Shown: positions 1-9,541 of the stretch, piece after piece
How positions within the stretch are numbered: position 1 is the stretch's first letter
How the letters are laid out: each line of letters starts with the position of its first letter
Sequence record: NC_049851.1
Direction: 5' to 3' (one strand)
DNA: 64,000 bases
Notes under the pieces: model-generated
What the model saw: only the letters and a program-made list of their open reading frames with translations
What the model was told of the DNA's origin: nothing
The model's database searches: none
Made by a program: the position numbers and the translations under genes

Positions 1-219
1 AAGGCAGAGCCGGACGATCAACGAACGTTCGACGTGAACCGTGTGAAGATCGCGCTGAACCGGAAACTCGTGACACTGTGCAAAGGCGTGCTGCCGCCGT
101 CTACTCCGGATGAGTGGAAGCCGCCCAAGGTAAAGAGTGACGAGGCGCACGGATTTCCTGAGACCTACCACGCGTGGCACTCGACGCTGTACCCGAAGTC
201 TCGTGGCCTTTTCGGCTAA
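1..219 (+). CDS. 3' end of a gene running in from the left edge; possibly the C-terminus of a 5'-3' exonuclease/flap endonuclease
   Basis: Frame 1 is open from base 1 to TAA at 219. KIALNRKLVTL resembles the C-terminal motif of PolI-type 5'-3' exonucleases. Only a fragment is visible. Confidence 0.4.
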   Translation, partial: KAEPDDQRTFDVNRVKIALNRKLVTLCKGVLPPSTPDEWKPPKVKSDEAHGFPETYHAWHSTLYPKSRGLFG

Positions 220-221
220 AG

Positions 222-259
222 AAAAACCCCACATGGATTGCGGTCCATGTGGGGTTTTT
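222..259. terminator. Bidirectional intrinsic terminator
   Basis: AAAAACCCCACATGGA-ttgcgg-TCCATGTGGGGTTTTT is a perfect 16-bp inverted repeat between convergent genes. Confidence 0.9.
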
Positions 260-262
260 GTG

Positions 263-2698
263 TTACGCGGAGCCCTTCAGGGTGAAGGCCGCGCTTGCGA
301 GTGCTGTGTCGGCTGCGAGCGGGCCGACAACCAGCAGCGTGTCGCCTGCTGCCAGATTAAGGGCTGACGCCATCGTAAAGGTGGGCCGATTTGCGCCTAC
401 CGCCCAGTTGATGGTGCCTACCGTCGTTGCCGTCGTGCTACCAGCCGGGATGCGCTGGATGTTGAACGTGGTAGCCGCAGCCGCGCCCGTCTGCGCATAA
501 CCAGAACTGCCGGTCAAGCCAGCCGGAAGTGTGACTGCACGCGTGATCGGCATTTGCAGCACGATCTGCGAAGCCGTCATGGTGCCGCTCACACCGCCTG
601 CAATGTCGTACGCCTGTGCAGGAGAGGTGCCGCTAACCTTGATCCAGTTCGTGTTGAACGCCAGCACCATATCCCCGACAGCCCAGCTACTCGTACCGTC
701 TAGGCTGGTAGTACCGGCCACCGTTACTCGGTAGGCCGAACCGTTGCCCGGAACAGTCTGGTACACTTGCTGGCCTGCGGCCTGACGGAATGCCGTATCG
801 ATGGTTTGCTGACCGCCCGTCAACAGCGCCGTGTTCGGGTCGATGGTGCCAAGACCCTGATACTGGGACACGTGGTTAGCGCTGGCATCCCAGTCACCGA
901 TCACGTACACGGCCCCGAGAGGCAGTTGTGCGCGAGGCACGCGACCATACACGTAGCCATCTGTGGGGCCCGCGCTGCCCGTGTTCTGGTCAAGCGTGGC
1001 CACGCCTCCGGGCTGACCCTTCTGCGTAGTGGGTATAGCACCAACGTCGGAGGCGCTGAGCACTATGTTGGCATTGCTGTAACCGTTGACTGTTTGAATC
1101 TGGGTCTTCAGCAGGCCCGTTGAGTCGACGGTTAGACCCGCGCCCACGATCACGGCACCCAGTGTCGTGGTCGTCGCAATCGGAATCGAGCCGTTAGGAA
1201 CCGTGTTCCATGCACCCCACGTGTTGTTGACGCACGCGCGGTAGGCCATGCGCGTGCCCGATTTCCACGTTTGCACCACATCACCGCCAGTTCCCGTTGT
1301 CGTGAACGGCGCGACTTCTAGGATAGCAGCATCGGTTGCTGCGTTCGGCTTATTGAAGAGTGAGCTAACATCGGCAGAAAGCACAAAAAACAGGCCGGTC
1401 TGCTTATAAGCATTCATGTCAGCAGCGGCCGGTATTCTTGTTGGATGAACAAGACCAACTGTGGTATCCTGCACGACCACGTTTCCGTTTGCGTCGGGAC
1501 CCACACCATTCACAGTCATCACGGGGCTGATGCCTAGGTCGATGGTGCCGTCCCCAGCAATCGTGATGTGGCCGTTGGTCGGGGCCTTCACACCACCAAG
1601 CGTTGTGGTAGTGGCCACCGGCAGCGTGTACGGCACCGGCTTGTTTATCAGGTCGTTGTAGTCACCCGTGGCCGCTACCCGCGCCGCATCCGGAATGTCC
1701 CCGATCTTCAGGTTCACGTCCCCGGTCTTTCCGTTGACGCTGGTAACCGGGAAGATGCTCGAATTCACGTCCAGCACGCCTTGCGGAGTGATGGTCAGCG
1801 TGTTGCCCACGATCACGGCACCAAGATCAGTGTGCGTTGCAATCGGCAGGTTCGGAATCGTGGTGCTAAGTGCCTGTCGGCCGAACACCACGATTTTGTC
1901 ACCGACCGCAGGCAACTGCGCCAGCGGAGACGAAAACTGGAGCGTGGCGTCGGTCGAGGTCGTGATGACGCCCGTGACGTAGCGACAGAAGCTGAAGTTC
2001 TGGCCCGTCGCAAATTCAGCAATGATCTCGCCTGTGTACGCGGGGCTCATGCCCGGCACGTAGTCAGCAAGCGCGATCTTCACGGATTGCGTACCGACAC
2101 CTGTGATCGTGGCCAGCGCCTGATATGCGTAGTCGTACGCATCAAAGTTCCAGAGGCCGGAGCGGTCGGTGTAGGCTATGAACGCGGACTGTTTCTGGTC
2201 GACGCCCGTGATGATGTAAGCGTTCGGCGTTGCGTTGCTCGATTGCGGCAACTGATCCGGAGACCCGAGAACCGCCATCCGAAACTGGTTGTTCGATTCA
2301 GCCGTGTCGAGCCACATTTCGTAGTTCGTATCCACGACCGACAGGAATTCGTCGATGCGAATGGCGTTGCCGAGGCCCGGGCTCGATACCGATTCCTTTG
2401 TGATCAGTTTGTTCGAGACCGCGAGCGAGAAAAGTGTGTTGCCCACGTACATACCGATCTCACCGAACGCAAACGGGCCGAGTGAGTAATCGAGGTACGC
2501 GCTGTACTTCACGACGTTCGGATTTACTACGAACGGTGCTGTCGGCACGCCCTCGTAAATAGTATTGCCGTGGATATCAACGTCGCTTGGGCTTGGCGTG
2601 TAGTTGTACTGGTCGCCAATTTTGAACGACGTGATGGTGATCGGGCCGGTGGCCGCCCTGATCAGGGCTTCCCCGGCCGTTGTGAGTTGTACGAACAT
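263..2698 (-). CDS. Tail fibre / receptor-binding protein (811 aa)
   Basis: N-terminal LTTAG baseplate-attachment-like start. Three PxATxxxLGxVxxG...V(T/M)(S/T)VNG repeat units typical of fibre shafts. Gly/Thr/Ala-rich, with a beta-rich C-terminal domain and an AGGAG RBS. Confidence 0.8.
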   Translation of the reverse strand: MFVQLTTAGEALIRAATGPITITSFKIGDQYNYTPSPSDVDIHGNTIYEGVPTAPFVVNPNVVKYSAYLDYSLGPFAFGEIGMYVGNTLFSLAVSNKLITKESVSSPGLGNAIRIDEFLSVVDTNYEMWLDTAESNNQFRMAVLGSPDQLPQSSNATPNAYIITGVDQKQSAFIAYTDRSGLWNFDAYDYAYQALATITGVGTQSVKIALADYVPGMSPAYTGEIIAEFATGQNFSFCRYVTGVITTSTDATLQFSSPLAQLPAVGDKIVVFGRQALSTTIPNLPIATHTDLGAVIVGNTLTITPQGVLDVNSSIFPVTSVNGKTGDVNLKIGDIPDAARVAATGDYNDLINKPVPYTLPVATTTTLGGVKAPTNGHITIAGDGTIDLGISPVMTVNGVGPDANGNVVVQDTTVGLVHPTRIPAAADMNAYKQTGLFFVLSADVSSLFNKPNAATDAAILEVAPFTTTGTGGDVVQTWKSGTRMAYRACVNNTWGAWNTVPNGSIPIATTTTLGAVIVGAGLTVDSTGLLKTQIQTVNGYSNANIVLSASDVGAIPTTQKGQPGGVATLDQNTGSAGPTDGYVYGRVPRAQLPLGAVYVIGDWDASANHVSQYQGLGTIDPNTALLTGGQQTIDTAFRQAAGQQVYQTVPGNGSAYRVTVAGTTSLDGTSSWAVGDMVLAFNTNWIKVSGTSPAQAYDIAGGVSGTMTASQIVLQMPITRAVTLPAGLTGSSGYAQTGAAAATTFNIQRIPAGSTTATTVGTINWAVGANRPTFTMASALNLAAGDTLLVVGPLAADTALASAAFTLKGSA

Positions 2699-2744
2699 AG
2701 TTTCTCCTGACGTGTTGTTTGCGTCTCCTTATTAAATTGACAAG

Positions 2745-3674
2745 ATGGCAATCCTCAAACCGATAGCCACGCAAACCCTTGCACGCTCGATCACGAAGCT
2801 GTACAGGGATGCCGTGGCAAATTACCACAGGGCCGAACTCGGGGACCCGACGCGCGTGCTGTTCTTGCGCCCGTCGCAACTCCCGTTCTGCCCAGCCGAC
2901 TTTTTCGTCCAAAACGCGGCCCACGGGACGATGCGCAGCCTAGATTTTGCAGGCTGCTTCTACACCAGTGTCGGGACCGTGGTCCACGAGGTGTTGCAGC
3001 AAGCGCTGTGTCTCTCGGGCAAGCTGCTGGCCAATTACGAGTGCAAAGAATGCGGAACGTGGCACAACATGTCGTACAAGTACGAATGCTGCGGATTCCC
3101 CACGACCTACCACGAACTGAGCATCAAGTACAAGGGCATCAGCGGCCACATCGACGGCGTGCTCGACATGGGTGACGGCACGCACTCGGTCATCGACTTC
3201 AAGACGACGGGCGTCAATGCGGCGGCCAAGAAAGCGAAAGACCCGGGTGTCGTGTACGTCGAACAGATCGAGGCGTACGCCGTACTTCTCGAACTTCAGT
3301 ACGGGTTGAAAATTTCAGGAATTTCTGATATCTTCGTGCTTCGCGACAATCCGACCAAGGACCCTGCGATCTTCACGCGCGCGATCACGGATGAACGCCG
3401 GTCGGTGATCAAGAAGCGGCTGAAACGCTACCTGAAGATGCACCGCGAGACGTTGGACGTGTCGACGCTGAAAGAGGCGCTGGCGCTGCTCGAATACGAC
3501 CGGTGCACCAACCCCTACTGCCCGGTCTGCAAGCTGGATGACGAAGGCCGACGCAGGGAAATCAAGAAAGCGTACAAGCTCGGCAAAGCCGCTGGCCACG
3601 TCCCGATACGGGGCATGGCAGAGCGTGCAGTCGCAGCCAAAGCCGCAAGCAGCAAGAAAAAGAAAGCCGCCTAG
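2745..3674 (+). CDS. cas4: Cas4-like PD-(D/E)XK exonuclease with zinc-ribbon insertion
   Basis: GHIDGVLD...VIDFKTT...QIEAY nuclease motifs. N-terminal PFCP plus C-terminal CxxxxCxxC fit the Cas4/AddB Fe-S cysteine pattern. Extra CKECG...ECCG ribbon. Confidence 0.8.
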   Translation: MAILKPIATQTLARSITKLYRDAVANYHRAELGDPTRVLFLRPSQLPFCPADFFVQNAAHGTMRSLDFAGCFYTSVGTVVHEVLQQALCLSGKLLANYECKECGTWHNMSYKYECCGFPTTYHELSIKYKGISGHIDGVLDMGDGTHSVIDFKTTGVNAAAKKAKDPGVVYVEQIEAYAVLLELQYGLKISGISDIFVLRDNPTKDPAIFTRAITDERRSVIKKRLKRYLKMHRETLDVSTLKEALALLEYDRCTNPYCPVCKLDDEGRRREIKKAYKLGKAAGHVPIRGMAERAVAAKAASSKKKKAA

Positions 3675-3687
3675 TAAATAGGTGGTG

Positions 3688-3710
3688 CAGGGGCCTAGGC
3701 CCCTGTTTTT
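3688..3710 (+). terminator. Intrinsic terminator
   Basis: CAGGGGCCTAGGCCCCTG palindrome followed by TTTTT. Confidence 0.8.
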
Positions 3711-3725
3711 CGTTCTGGAGGAAGA

Positions 3726-3941
3726 ATGGATTACGTTGTACGGTATCAACGACGCTGTATCCCAAGCGCTGATCGCATGCGCCCGATGGCCCAGTTCCCG
3801 GGTGTCGTAAAGCTGGATCGGATCGCGATGACGCTCGTGCGTGTCACGTGTGAGGGCGACCACGCGGCGTTTCTCGCGGCCACCGATCCGGGAGGCCCGA
3901 CCTACGACTGGAAACGGATGCCGCAGGATCAGGGAAAGTGA
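3726..3941 (+). CDS. Hypothetical protein
   Basis: GGAGG RBS; overlaps the start of the next gene. Confidence 0.6.
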   Translation: MDYVVRYQRRCIPSADRMRPMAQFPGVVKLDRIAMTLVRVTCEGDHAAFLAATDPGGPTYDWKRMPQDQGK

Positions 3942-4258
3942 ATCACCCGCTTGTCCGTAACCAAAAAGACGAGTATGATGTGTACATTGGCCGACCCTCG
4001 CGTTGGGGAAATCCGTTTTCCCTTGAGGGCGGCACTCGCAAGCAGGTTCTAGCCCTGCATCGTAAGTGGATCGACGGCCTGATTGAAGCGCCGTGCGGAA
4101 CACGACCTCCAACCCGCGCTGAAATACGCAGAGAGTTGCGTGGCAAACGCTTGGGCTGCTTCTGCCGCCCGCGCGCCTGTCACGGTGACTATCTTGCGGA
4201 GATCGCGAACGCGAGCACTGGAGGTGGTCTTTTTGCCAATGTGAGGAAAAAGTCTTGA
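3938..4258 (+). CDS. DUF4326-family protein
   Basis: YDVYIGRPSRWGNPF...LRGKRLGCFCRPRACHGDYL signature. Confidence 0.85.
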   Translation: MNHPLVRNQKDEYDVYIGRPSRWGNPFSLEGGTRKQVLALHRKWIDGLIEAPCGTRPPTRAEIRRELRGKRLGCFCRPRACHGDYLAEIANASTGGGLFANVRKKS

Positions 4259-4384
4259 CCCTTGACGAATTTGCCGGAGATTGGCAGCAGTTGATCAAGA
4301 ACTTCGTTGCCGACTACAAGGACGGCGCACGTAAAACCAAGCAGACGCAGGTGCGTCCTGCTGAACAATGGATGGAGTTACTGG

Positions 4385-4693
4385 ATGAGTACGTTGAACA
4401 GCGCACTGACTTCGGCGGCCTTCGTCGATAACGCGGCGCATCGCTCACTGGGCGGCGCTCTCGCGGATTTCATACACACCACGGCCTCGCGCTCTGGATT
4501 CGTGCGCTCGCTGTTCGAGTGGATCGAGTTCGACAAGACCAATCACACGTGTCCTGAGTACGGGCGCGACGAGTGGACGGTGGCGCGCCGTATCCTGAAC
4601 CGGGCGAAGAAGCGACACGCCATGATCAACCTCACGTACACCGAGCGCCTACGCTGCGTGCTGCGTGAAATTCGGAGAACCAAGTACCAATGA
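4385..4693 (+). CDS. Hypothetical protein
   Basis: GGAG RBS before ATG 4385; coupled to the next gene. Confidence 0.6.
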   Translation: MSTLNSALTSAAFVDNAAHRSLGGALADFIHTTASRSGFVRSLFEWIEFDKTNHTCPEYGRDEWTVARRILNRAKKRHAMINLTYTERLRCVLREIRRTKYQ

Positions 4694-4920
4694 AGATCAG
4701 ACGAATCTCAGTGTCCCTGTCGAAGACGATTCAGGCGGCACGGTTCGAGCCCGTTGAAGTCGGCTTCTCTGTAGACGCCGATCTCGAAGATGACGATGAC
4801 ATTGCAGAGGCGCGTGCCGAACTCTACAAGGAAGCATCGAAGTCGGTGCGGCTGATGATGAAGCGCGATCTCAAGACGTGGCGCGCAGAACACGACCAAT
4901 GGCATGAGGAAAATTCGTGA
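4690..4920 (+). CDS. Hypothetical protein
   Basis: ATGA overlap; phage-typical codon usage. Confidence 0.65.
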   Translation: MKIRRISVSLSKTIQAARFEPVEVGFSVDADLEDDDDIAEARAELYKEASKSVRLMMKRDLKTWRAEHDQWHEENS

Positions 4921-5159
4921 TGACTACAGAAGATGTGAAGCAAGCATTCGCCACATTCCGGTCTACCGGCACCGTGAGCGTGATGAAGACTGCCGTCGAC
5001 GCGCTGGTGTCGGACGCCAAGTTCCTCGTCAAGTCCGGTGAGTTCGACATTCTTCCGGGTGACGCGCAGGACCACATCGAGCAGGCAGAAGATGCGCTAC
5101 GCAGTGCCGCGTGGTATCTGGATGCCGCTCTGTACGCACTCGGGAACTCGCGCCAATGA
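4917..5159 (+). CDS. Hypothetical protein
   Basis: Coupled ORF in the operon. Confidence 0.6.
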   Translation: MMTTEDVKQAFATFRSTGTVSVMKTAVDALVSDAKFLVKSGEFDILPGDAQDHIEQAEDALRSAAWYLDAALYALGNSRQ

Positions 5160-5341
5160 CACCGCAGCAACTGAAGAAAGCAGCGATGTACCTGTGCGCG
5201 CTGCGCGGACTCGATCCGAACGAGTTGGTGGCCCCAGACCCGAACGCACACCACACCGTCTACCAGTGGCGTCTGGCCGCTGACGAGATCGAGGCGCACC
5301 AGCAAATCGAAGCCGCTATCTACCACGCAACAAAAGGGTAA
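5156..5341 (+). CDS. Hypothetical protein
   Basis: ATGA overlap with the previous stop. Confidence 0.6.
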   Translation: MTPQQLKKAAMYLCALRGLDPNELVAPDPNAHHTVYQWRLAADEIEAHQQIEAAIYHATKG

Positions 5342-5344
5342 TTG

Positions 5345-6499
5345 ATGTTCGCAAACGCAAAGAAGAAAACCGCAGCCACAACCGTGGACACGGAGCAGCA
5401 TGCGCTGCATCGCAAGTACCGTCCGACGAAACTCGACCGCTATCTGGGTCAGGAAGCTGTGGTGACGCGCATCCGTGGCATGCTCGAAACCGGAAAAATT
5501 CCGAGCGCGATGGCGTTCTTCGGACCGCGTGCCGCAGGCAAGACGACGCTCGCGCGTATCATCGCGACCGAGGTCAACGGTAAGCCTGTCGAGAAGCAGG
5601 GCGACTACAAGGAACTGAACGCCGCGACCCAGAAGGGCATCGACGACGTACGGGAACTCGAAAAGCTGTCGAAGTTCCGCGCCATGTCAAAGCGCCGCTT
5701 CATCGTCATCGACGAGGCCCAGCAATGGCTGTCGAACGCACAGGCGGCACAGGCCGTACTCAAGCCGCTGGAAGAGCCGTCGAAGGATACGACGTGGATC
5801 ATCTGTTCGATGGAGCCGGAGCGCTTCAACGCCACTGAAGTAGGCCGCGCCATCCTCTCGCGCTGCACCCAGTACGTGCTGGACGCGCCCACGGTTTCCG
5901 ATCTCGGGAAGCAGGCCCTGCGAATCGCCAAGGGCGAGGGCATGGACTACGTGCTGGACGAAGATCGCGCGATCATCAAGCAGGTGGCCAAGAACTGCAA
6001 CGGGAACATGCGTGAACTCGCAAACCTGATGCAGTCGCTCCAGCAGTTCTACGACGGCATTCAGGGCAAGAAGCCCAAGCTTCTGACGCCGGAGGACGTG
6101 ACCACAGCAATCGCAAGTACCGTTAGCGCCGACGAGAAGCTGGCAATCCAGTTCATGGTCGCTGCGTACTCGCGCAACTACGCAGATGCGTACGCGGCCC
6201 TGCTCGACGTGAGCGATCAGTTCGGATTCGTGAAGAAGCTGGTGTGGATCGCCCAGTTCATCATGGGCATGGACGTGCTCAACGGGGCCAAGCATCCGAA
6301 GCTGTGGTGGAACACGGCAAACAAGGCGGTGTACGCGGAAGTCAAGAAGATGGGCCTGAACCGTGGCTTCAAGGCCGCTGTGCTGGCCAAGCTTCTGCAC
6401 GTGCAGGCACAGGCAGGTCAGTTTGCGATCCCCGCTACCGATCTGCTGGCCGCACACTCGTACGACCTTTTCATCGAACTCGACCGACACGCAAAGTAA
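5345..6499 (+). CDS. dnaX: DNA polymerase III gamma/tau-like clamp loader (AAA+)
   Basis: LHRKYRP, Walker A GPRAAGKTT, ELNAA, Walker B IIDEAQ, KPLEEP and the LSRC sensor motif. Confidence 0.9.
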   Translation: MFANAKKKTAATTVDTEQHALHRKYRPTKLDRYLGQEAVVTRIRGMLETGKIPSAMAFFGPRAAGKTTLARIIATEVNGKPVEKQGDYKELNAATQKGIDDVRELEKLSKFRAMSKRRFIVIDEAQQWLSNAQAAQAVLKPLEEPSKDTTWIICSMEPERFNATEVGRAILSRCTQYVLDAPTVSDLGKQALRIAKGEGMDYVLDEDRAIIKQVAKNCNGNMRELANLMQSLQQFYDGIQGKKPKLLTPEDVTTAIASTVSADEKLAIQFMVAAYSRNYADAYAALLDVSDQFGFVKKLVWIAQFIMGMDVLNGAKHPKLWWNTANKAVYAEVKKMGLNRGFKAAVLAKLLHVQAQAGQFAIPATDLLAAHSYDLFIELDRHAK

Positions 6500-6502
6500 C
6501 CT

Positions 6503-8755
6503 ATGCACCACATCTACACGTTGCTGCTCGAAAAGGTAGGGCCCTTTCAGAAGCGCACTGTCTTCAACATACCGCCCGGCGTAAGCACGATTTACGGGCT
6601 CAACCGCGCCTCCGGAAAAGCCTCGAAGAACAGTAACGGGGTGGGTAAGTCGTTCTTGCTTTCGATGATTCCTGAAATCATCCACGACGTTCCGCAACTC
6701 GGTGAGAAGTCGGATCGCGTGAAGCAAGGCATCAAGGAACTGCGCTTCAAGAGCCACGGCGGCAAGGAAGTGATCGCGCGCCGTGCGTCGCGTGGCAAGA
6801 CCGATAAGCTGGAACTCTCGATCAACGGCAAGGAGAAGGAAATCCGGACCGTGGCCGAGGCCAAGCGCGTGCTCGCGCGTCTGTTCCCGCTCACCGAGGC
6901 CGACTATCGAACGTACGTGTCCATCGACGCGCGGGTCCCGCACCCACTGGTCATGGGCTCTGGTGCCGAGCGCAAGGCATTCCTTACCGAGTTCTTCGGG
7001 CTCGACAAGCTGGACGCCGAACGCAAGCTGTATGTTGCTGAGTTGTCCAAACTTTCGAAGGTTCGTGCTGCCTACGACGAGTTGCGTGCACAGATCGAGC
7101 GCGCCCGCGAAGACCTGCTTGATCGCGAAACGCTGGACCGGTTGAAGAAACGCGCGGCCACCATCAAGAAGAAACTGTCCGCGCTACAAGCGCTGTTCAC
7201 GGAGGCGCAGGAAACAACGCGTCTCGTGGCGTTTGCTGAGTCGATGGGTCCGCAGGTGGGAATCATCCAGAACGCTATCGGAGAGATCACCGAAGAATCG
7301 TTTGCAGATCATGTGGCGCAGATCAAGTACGAGTACGAGCAGACGAAGGCCAACATCGAGGAAGCCGAGGCGTACGAGCAATACAAAAAGGACGTGGCAC
7401 GCTACAATGAGGCACTGTCCAAGGTTAGCGAATCCACCCAATCTCTTGTCGAAACGAGTGGACGCGATCTCGCGGTCGAAATGGCCAAGAACGCGTACGA
7501 CGCATACATGCAATTGCAGGGGAAGGTGCGCGTGCTCGAAGCACAAGTGGCCGAGTTGCAGGAAGAAGTAGACGCCGAGTTGCCGGAGCGCGTTAAGCGG
7601 CCGGATGAAAACGAGGCCGATCTTGAGACACTGGTTCGTGTGTACGAGCACCAGATCGAGCACGCCGAGAAGTTCTCAGAAGGTAAGTGCGAGACCTGCG
7701 GCCAGACCGTGGTCATCAAGGACCCGAAAGTTTTGGCCAAGCGCCTGAAGATCGCAAAGCAGAAGCTTTCGGCCCACGCGAAGTACGAGGCATACCGGAA
7801 GGCCCGGGCCGCGCAGCAGAAGGCCGAGGTTCAGTTGAACGCCGCGCAGTCAGAGTTGGGGCGTGTAAAAGCCCAGCAGAAAAAGCACCGGGCTAACGCA
7901 AAGGCACACAGGGAACTGGCAGCACTTCCCCCGGAGCCCGAAGAGTTCACGGGCAAGAAGCTGGAATTGAAGGTGCTGCGTCGCATGCTGGAAGAGATCA
8001 CGGAACGCCGGTCGCTGCTGCGACAACTGGCCGACCACCTCGATACCATCATCGCGATTCAGAAGCTGAAGAAATCGGATATGGAGATCGTGAAGCGTGC
8101 TGAAGAAGCAGCTTCCCAGATGAGCGATCTTCAGGAGCGGCTGTCGAGCGCTCAGGCCAAGATCGAAATGCACCGCACCGTCCGCGCCCGCATCGCGGAC
8201 ATGAAGGAGCGGGTAGCAGAAATGGAGGCACAGCTTGCCGAGGAAGAGGCGCTGAAGCACTTGGTTCAGGGCTTCCAAGACAAGAACCTGAAGAAGATGG
8301 CTATCGAGGCTATCAGTCAACGCCTGATGGTCCTGATCAACCGGTATGCGTCGCGTGTGTTCCCAGAAGCATTTCAGTTCGAGTTCCAGTGGGACACGGA
8401 CATCAGGATCATCGTGCACCGGCCGAACGGCAAAGAGCCGTCGGACGTGCGTAAACTGAGCGGGGCTGAGGCCGCGATCTTCACGTTGGTGATCGTGTGT
8501 GCGCTGCTCAACTTCGTGCCCGATCACAAGCGGTGCTCGCTCATGGTTCTGGACGAGCCCGACGCACATATGAGCCCAGAAATGGCCGAAGCCATGTATA
8601 ATGTGGTGAAGATTCTCAACACGATGGTGCCGTCTATCGTGATCATCACGCCAAAGACGGACCGCGTGTTCCAAGACTCGAAGCCATTCACGATTGTCAA
8701 GGACGCAAGCGGCGATTCACGTATCGTAGAGGGCTTCCCTCACGAGGTAAAGTAA
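6503..8755 (+). CDS. sbcC: SbcC/Rad50/gp46-like SMC ATPase
   Basis: Walker A GVGKS, long coiled coil with central CETC zinc hook, signature LSGAE, Walker B MVLDEPD. Confidence 0.9.
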   Translation: MHHIYTLLLEKVGPFQKRTVFNIPPGVSTIYGLNRASGKASKNSNGVGKSFLLSMIPEIIHDVPQLGEKSDRVKQGIKELRFKSHGGKEVIARRASRGKTDKLELSINGKEKEIRTVAEAKRVLARLFPLTEADYRTYVSIDARVPHPLVMGSGAERKAFLTEFFGLDKLDAERKLYVAELSKLSKVRAAYDELRAQIERAREDLLDRETLDRLKKRAATIKKKLSALQALFTEAQETTRLVAFAESMGPQVGIIQNAIGEITEESFADHVAQIKYEYEQTKANIEEAEAYEQYKKDVARYNEALSKVSESTQSLVETSGRDLAVEMAKNAYDAYMQLQGKVRVLEAQVAELQEEVDAELPERVKRPDENEADLETLVRVYEHQIEHAEKFSEGKCETCGQTVVIKDPKVLAKRLKIAKQKLSAHAKYEAYRKARAAQQKAEVQLNAAQSELGRVKAQQKKHRANAKAHRELAALPPEPEEFTGKKLELKVLRRMLEEITERRSLLRQLADHLDTIIAIQKLKKSDMEIVKRAEEAASQMSDLQERLSSAQAKIEMHRTVRARIADMKERVAEMEAQLAEEEALKHLVQGFQDKNLKKMAIEAISQRLMVLINRYASRVFPEAFQFEFQWDTDIRIIVHRPNGKEPSDVRKLSGAEAAIFTLVIVCALLNFVPDHKRCSLMVLDEPDAHMSPEMAEAMYNVVKILNTMVPSIVIITPKTDRVFQDSKPFTIVKDASGDSRIVEGFPHEVK

Positions 8756-8765
8756 GGAGAAGCAA

Positions 8766-9488
8766 ATGGTATTGAATGCGTACGGACTTGTCGACGCGTC
8801 TCCGATTCAGGTGTCGGAGACGCTGCGCGCCCTGAACCTGAGCCACACGTTTGTAGGCGGCTTCGGTCGCACGACGCACACGACAATTGATGGCCTGTCG
8901 GCAGAACAGCCGGTATGGCCAATCATCATCGACCGGGTGCGCAACATCCACAAGGTGAGCGTGCCATACGACCGGCTCGTCTACTTCGTGTGCGACGCGC
9001 GGGCCCCGCTTAGCCTGTGCAACGTTGACCAGTCCCTGTGGCCCGAGAAGCGCGAGGGTGATCTTGACACGGCGGTGATGAATGCACTACGCGCCCTGAA
9101 TCCGGAGCCCGGAATCGAGTGGTCGCTGACGATGCAAGAGCCCACGCTCGACGACTACGTGGGTCAGGCAGCGCAGCCGTCGTTCCTGAACCTGATGCAG
9201 GGTATCACCTGCAAGATCAACCCCTACTCATTGCGCAAGGAAGCGCAGCGTATGGCTGTGGCGTATTTGGCGTCCGGCATCAGCCGACTGGCGTTGCGCC
9301 GCGCGTACCGTGGGAATTCGAAGCTCGTCGACCTGATGACGATTCTTGATTCACCGGACGCCCTGAACCTGCGCAATGCCGTGGTGGCGGCCCGTACTAG
9401 CACGCCGGATCGTGTGGCCCCGGAATTCGGAGTCCACAGCTTCGAAATCTCGTACATCATGCGTTCGTTCGCGACCAACGGCACCTAA
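8766..9488 (+). CDS. Hypothetical replication-module protein (possibly a degenerate clamp-loader subunit)
   Basis: GGAG RBS, 240 aa, located in the clamp-loader operon. The function is inferred from position only. Confidence 0.5.
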   Translation: MVLNAYGLVDASPIQVSETLRALNLSHTFVGGFGRTTHTTIDGLSAEQPVWPIIIDRVRNIHKVSVPYDRLVYFVCDARAPLSLCNVDQSLWPEKREGDLDTAVMNALRALNPEPGIEWSLTMQEPTLDDYVGQAAQPSFLNLMQGITCKINPYSLRKEAQRMAVAYLASGISRLALRRAYRGNSKLVDLMTILDSPDALNLRNAVVAARTSTPDRVAPEFGVHSFEISYIMRSFATNGT

Positions 9489-9495
9489 TTTAATA
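9487..9495 (+). promoter_or_regulatory. Candidate late-promoter motif AATTTAATA
   Basis: The same 9-mer lies on the minus strand at 2730-2738, upstream of the tail fibre gene. Confidence 0.45.
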
Positions 9496-9541
9496 GGGCT
9501 GAAGTGTGAAAGCCCACGCTTCATCTGATAGGAGAACTCTT

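Noticed and set aside
2745-3674. CRISPR-Cas locus
   Set aside because: Only a solo Cas4-like gene is present; no other cas genes or array were seen.
4253-4290. sigma70 promoter at TTGACC/TTGACG
   Set aside because: No acceptable -10 hexamer at 16-18 bp spacing.
5345-6499. Programmed -1 frameshift as in E. coli dnaX
   Set aside because: No A-AAA-AAG slippery site with a downstream extension was seen, and the ORF ends 3 nt before the next gene.
5687-6943. Long antisense ORFs (also 14768-15607, 16014-17333, 32161-33540, 42743-43909, 48154-49755)
   Set aside because: These are shadow ORFs opposite genes with clear motifs, as expected from GC-biased codon usage.
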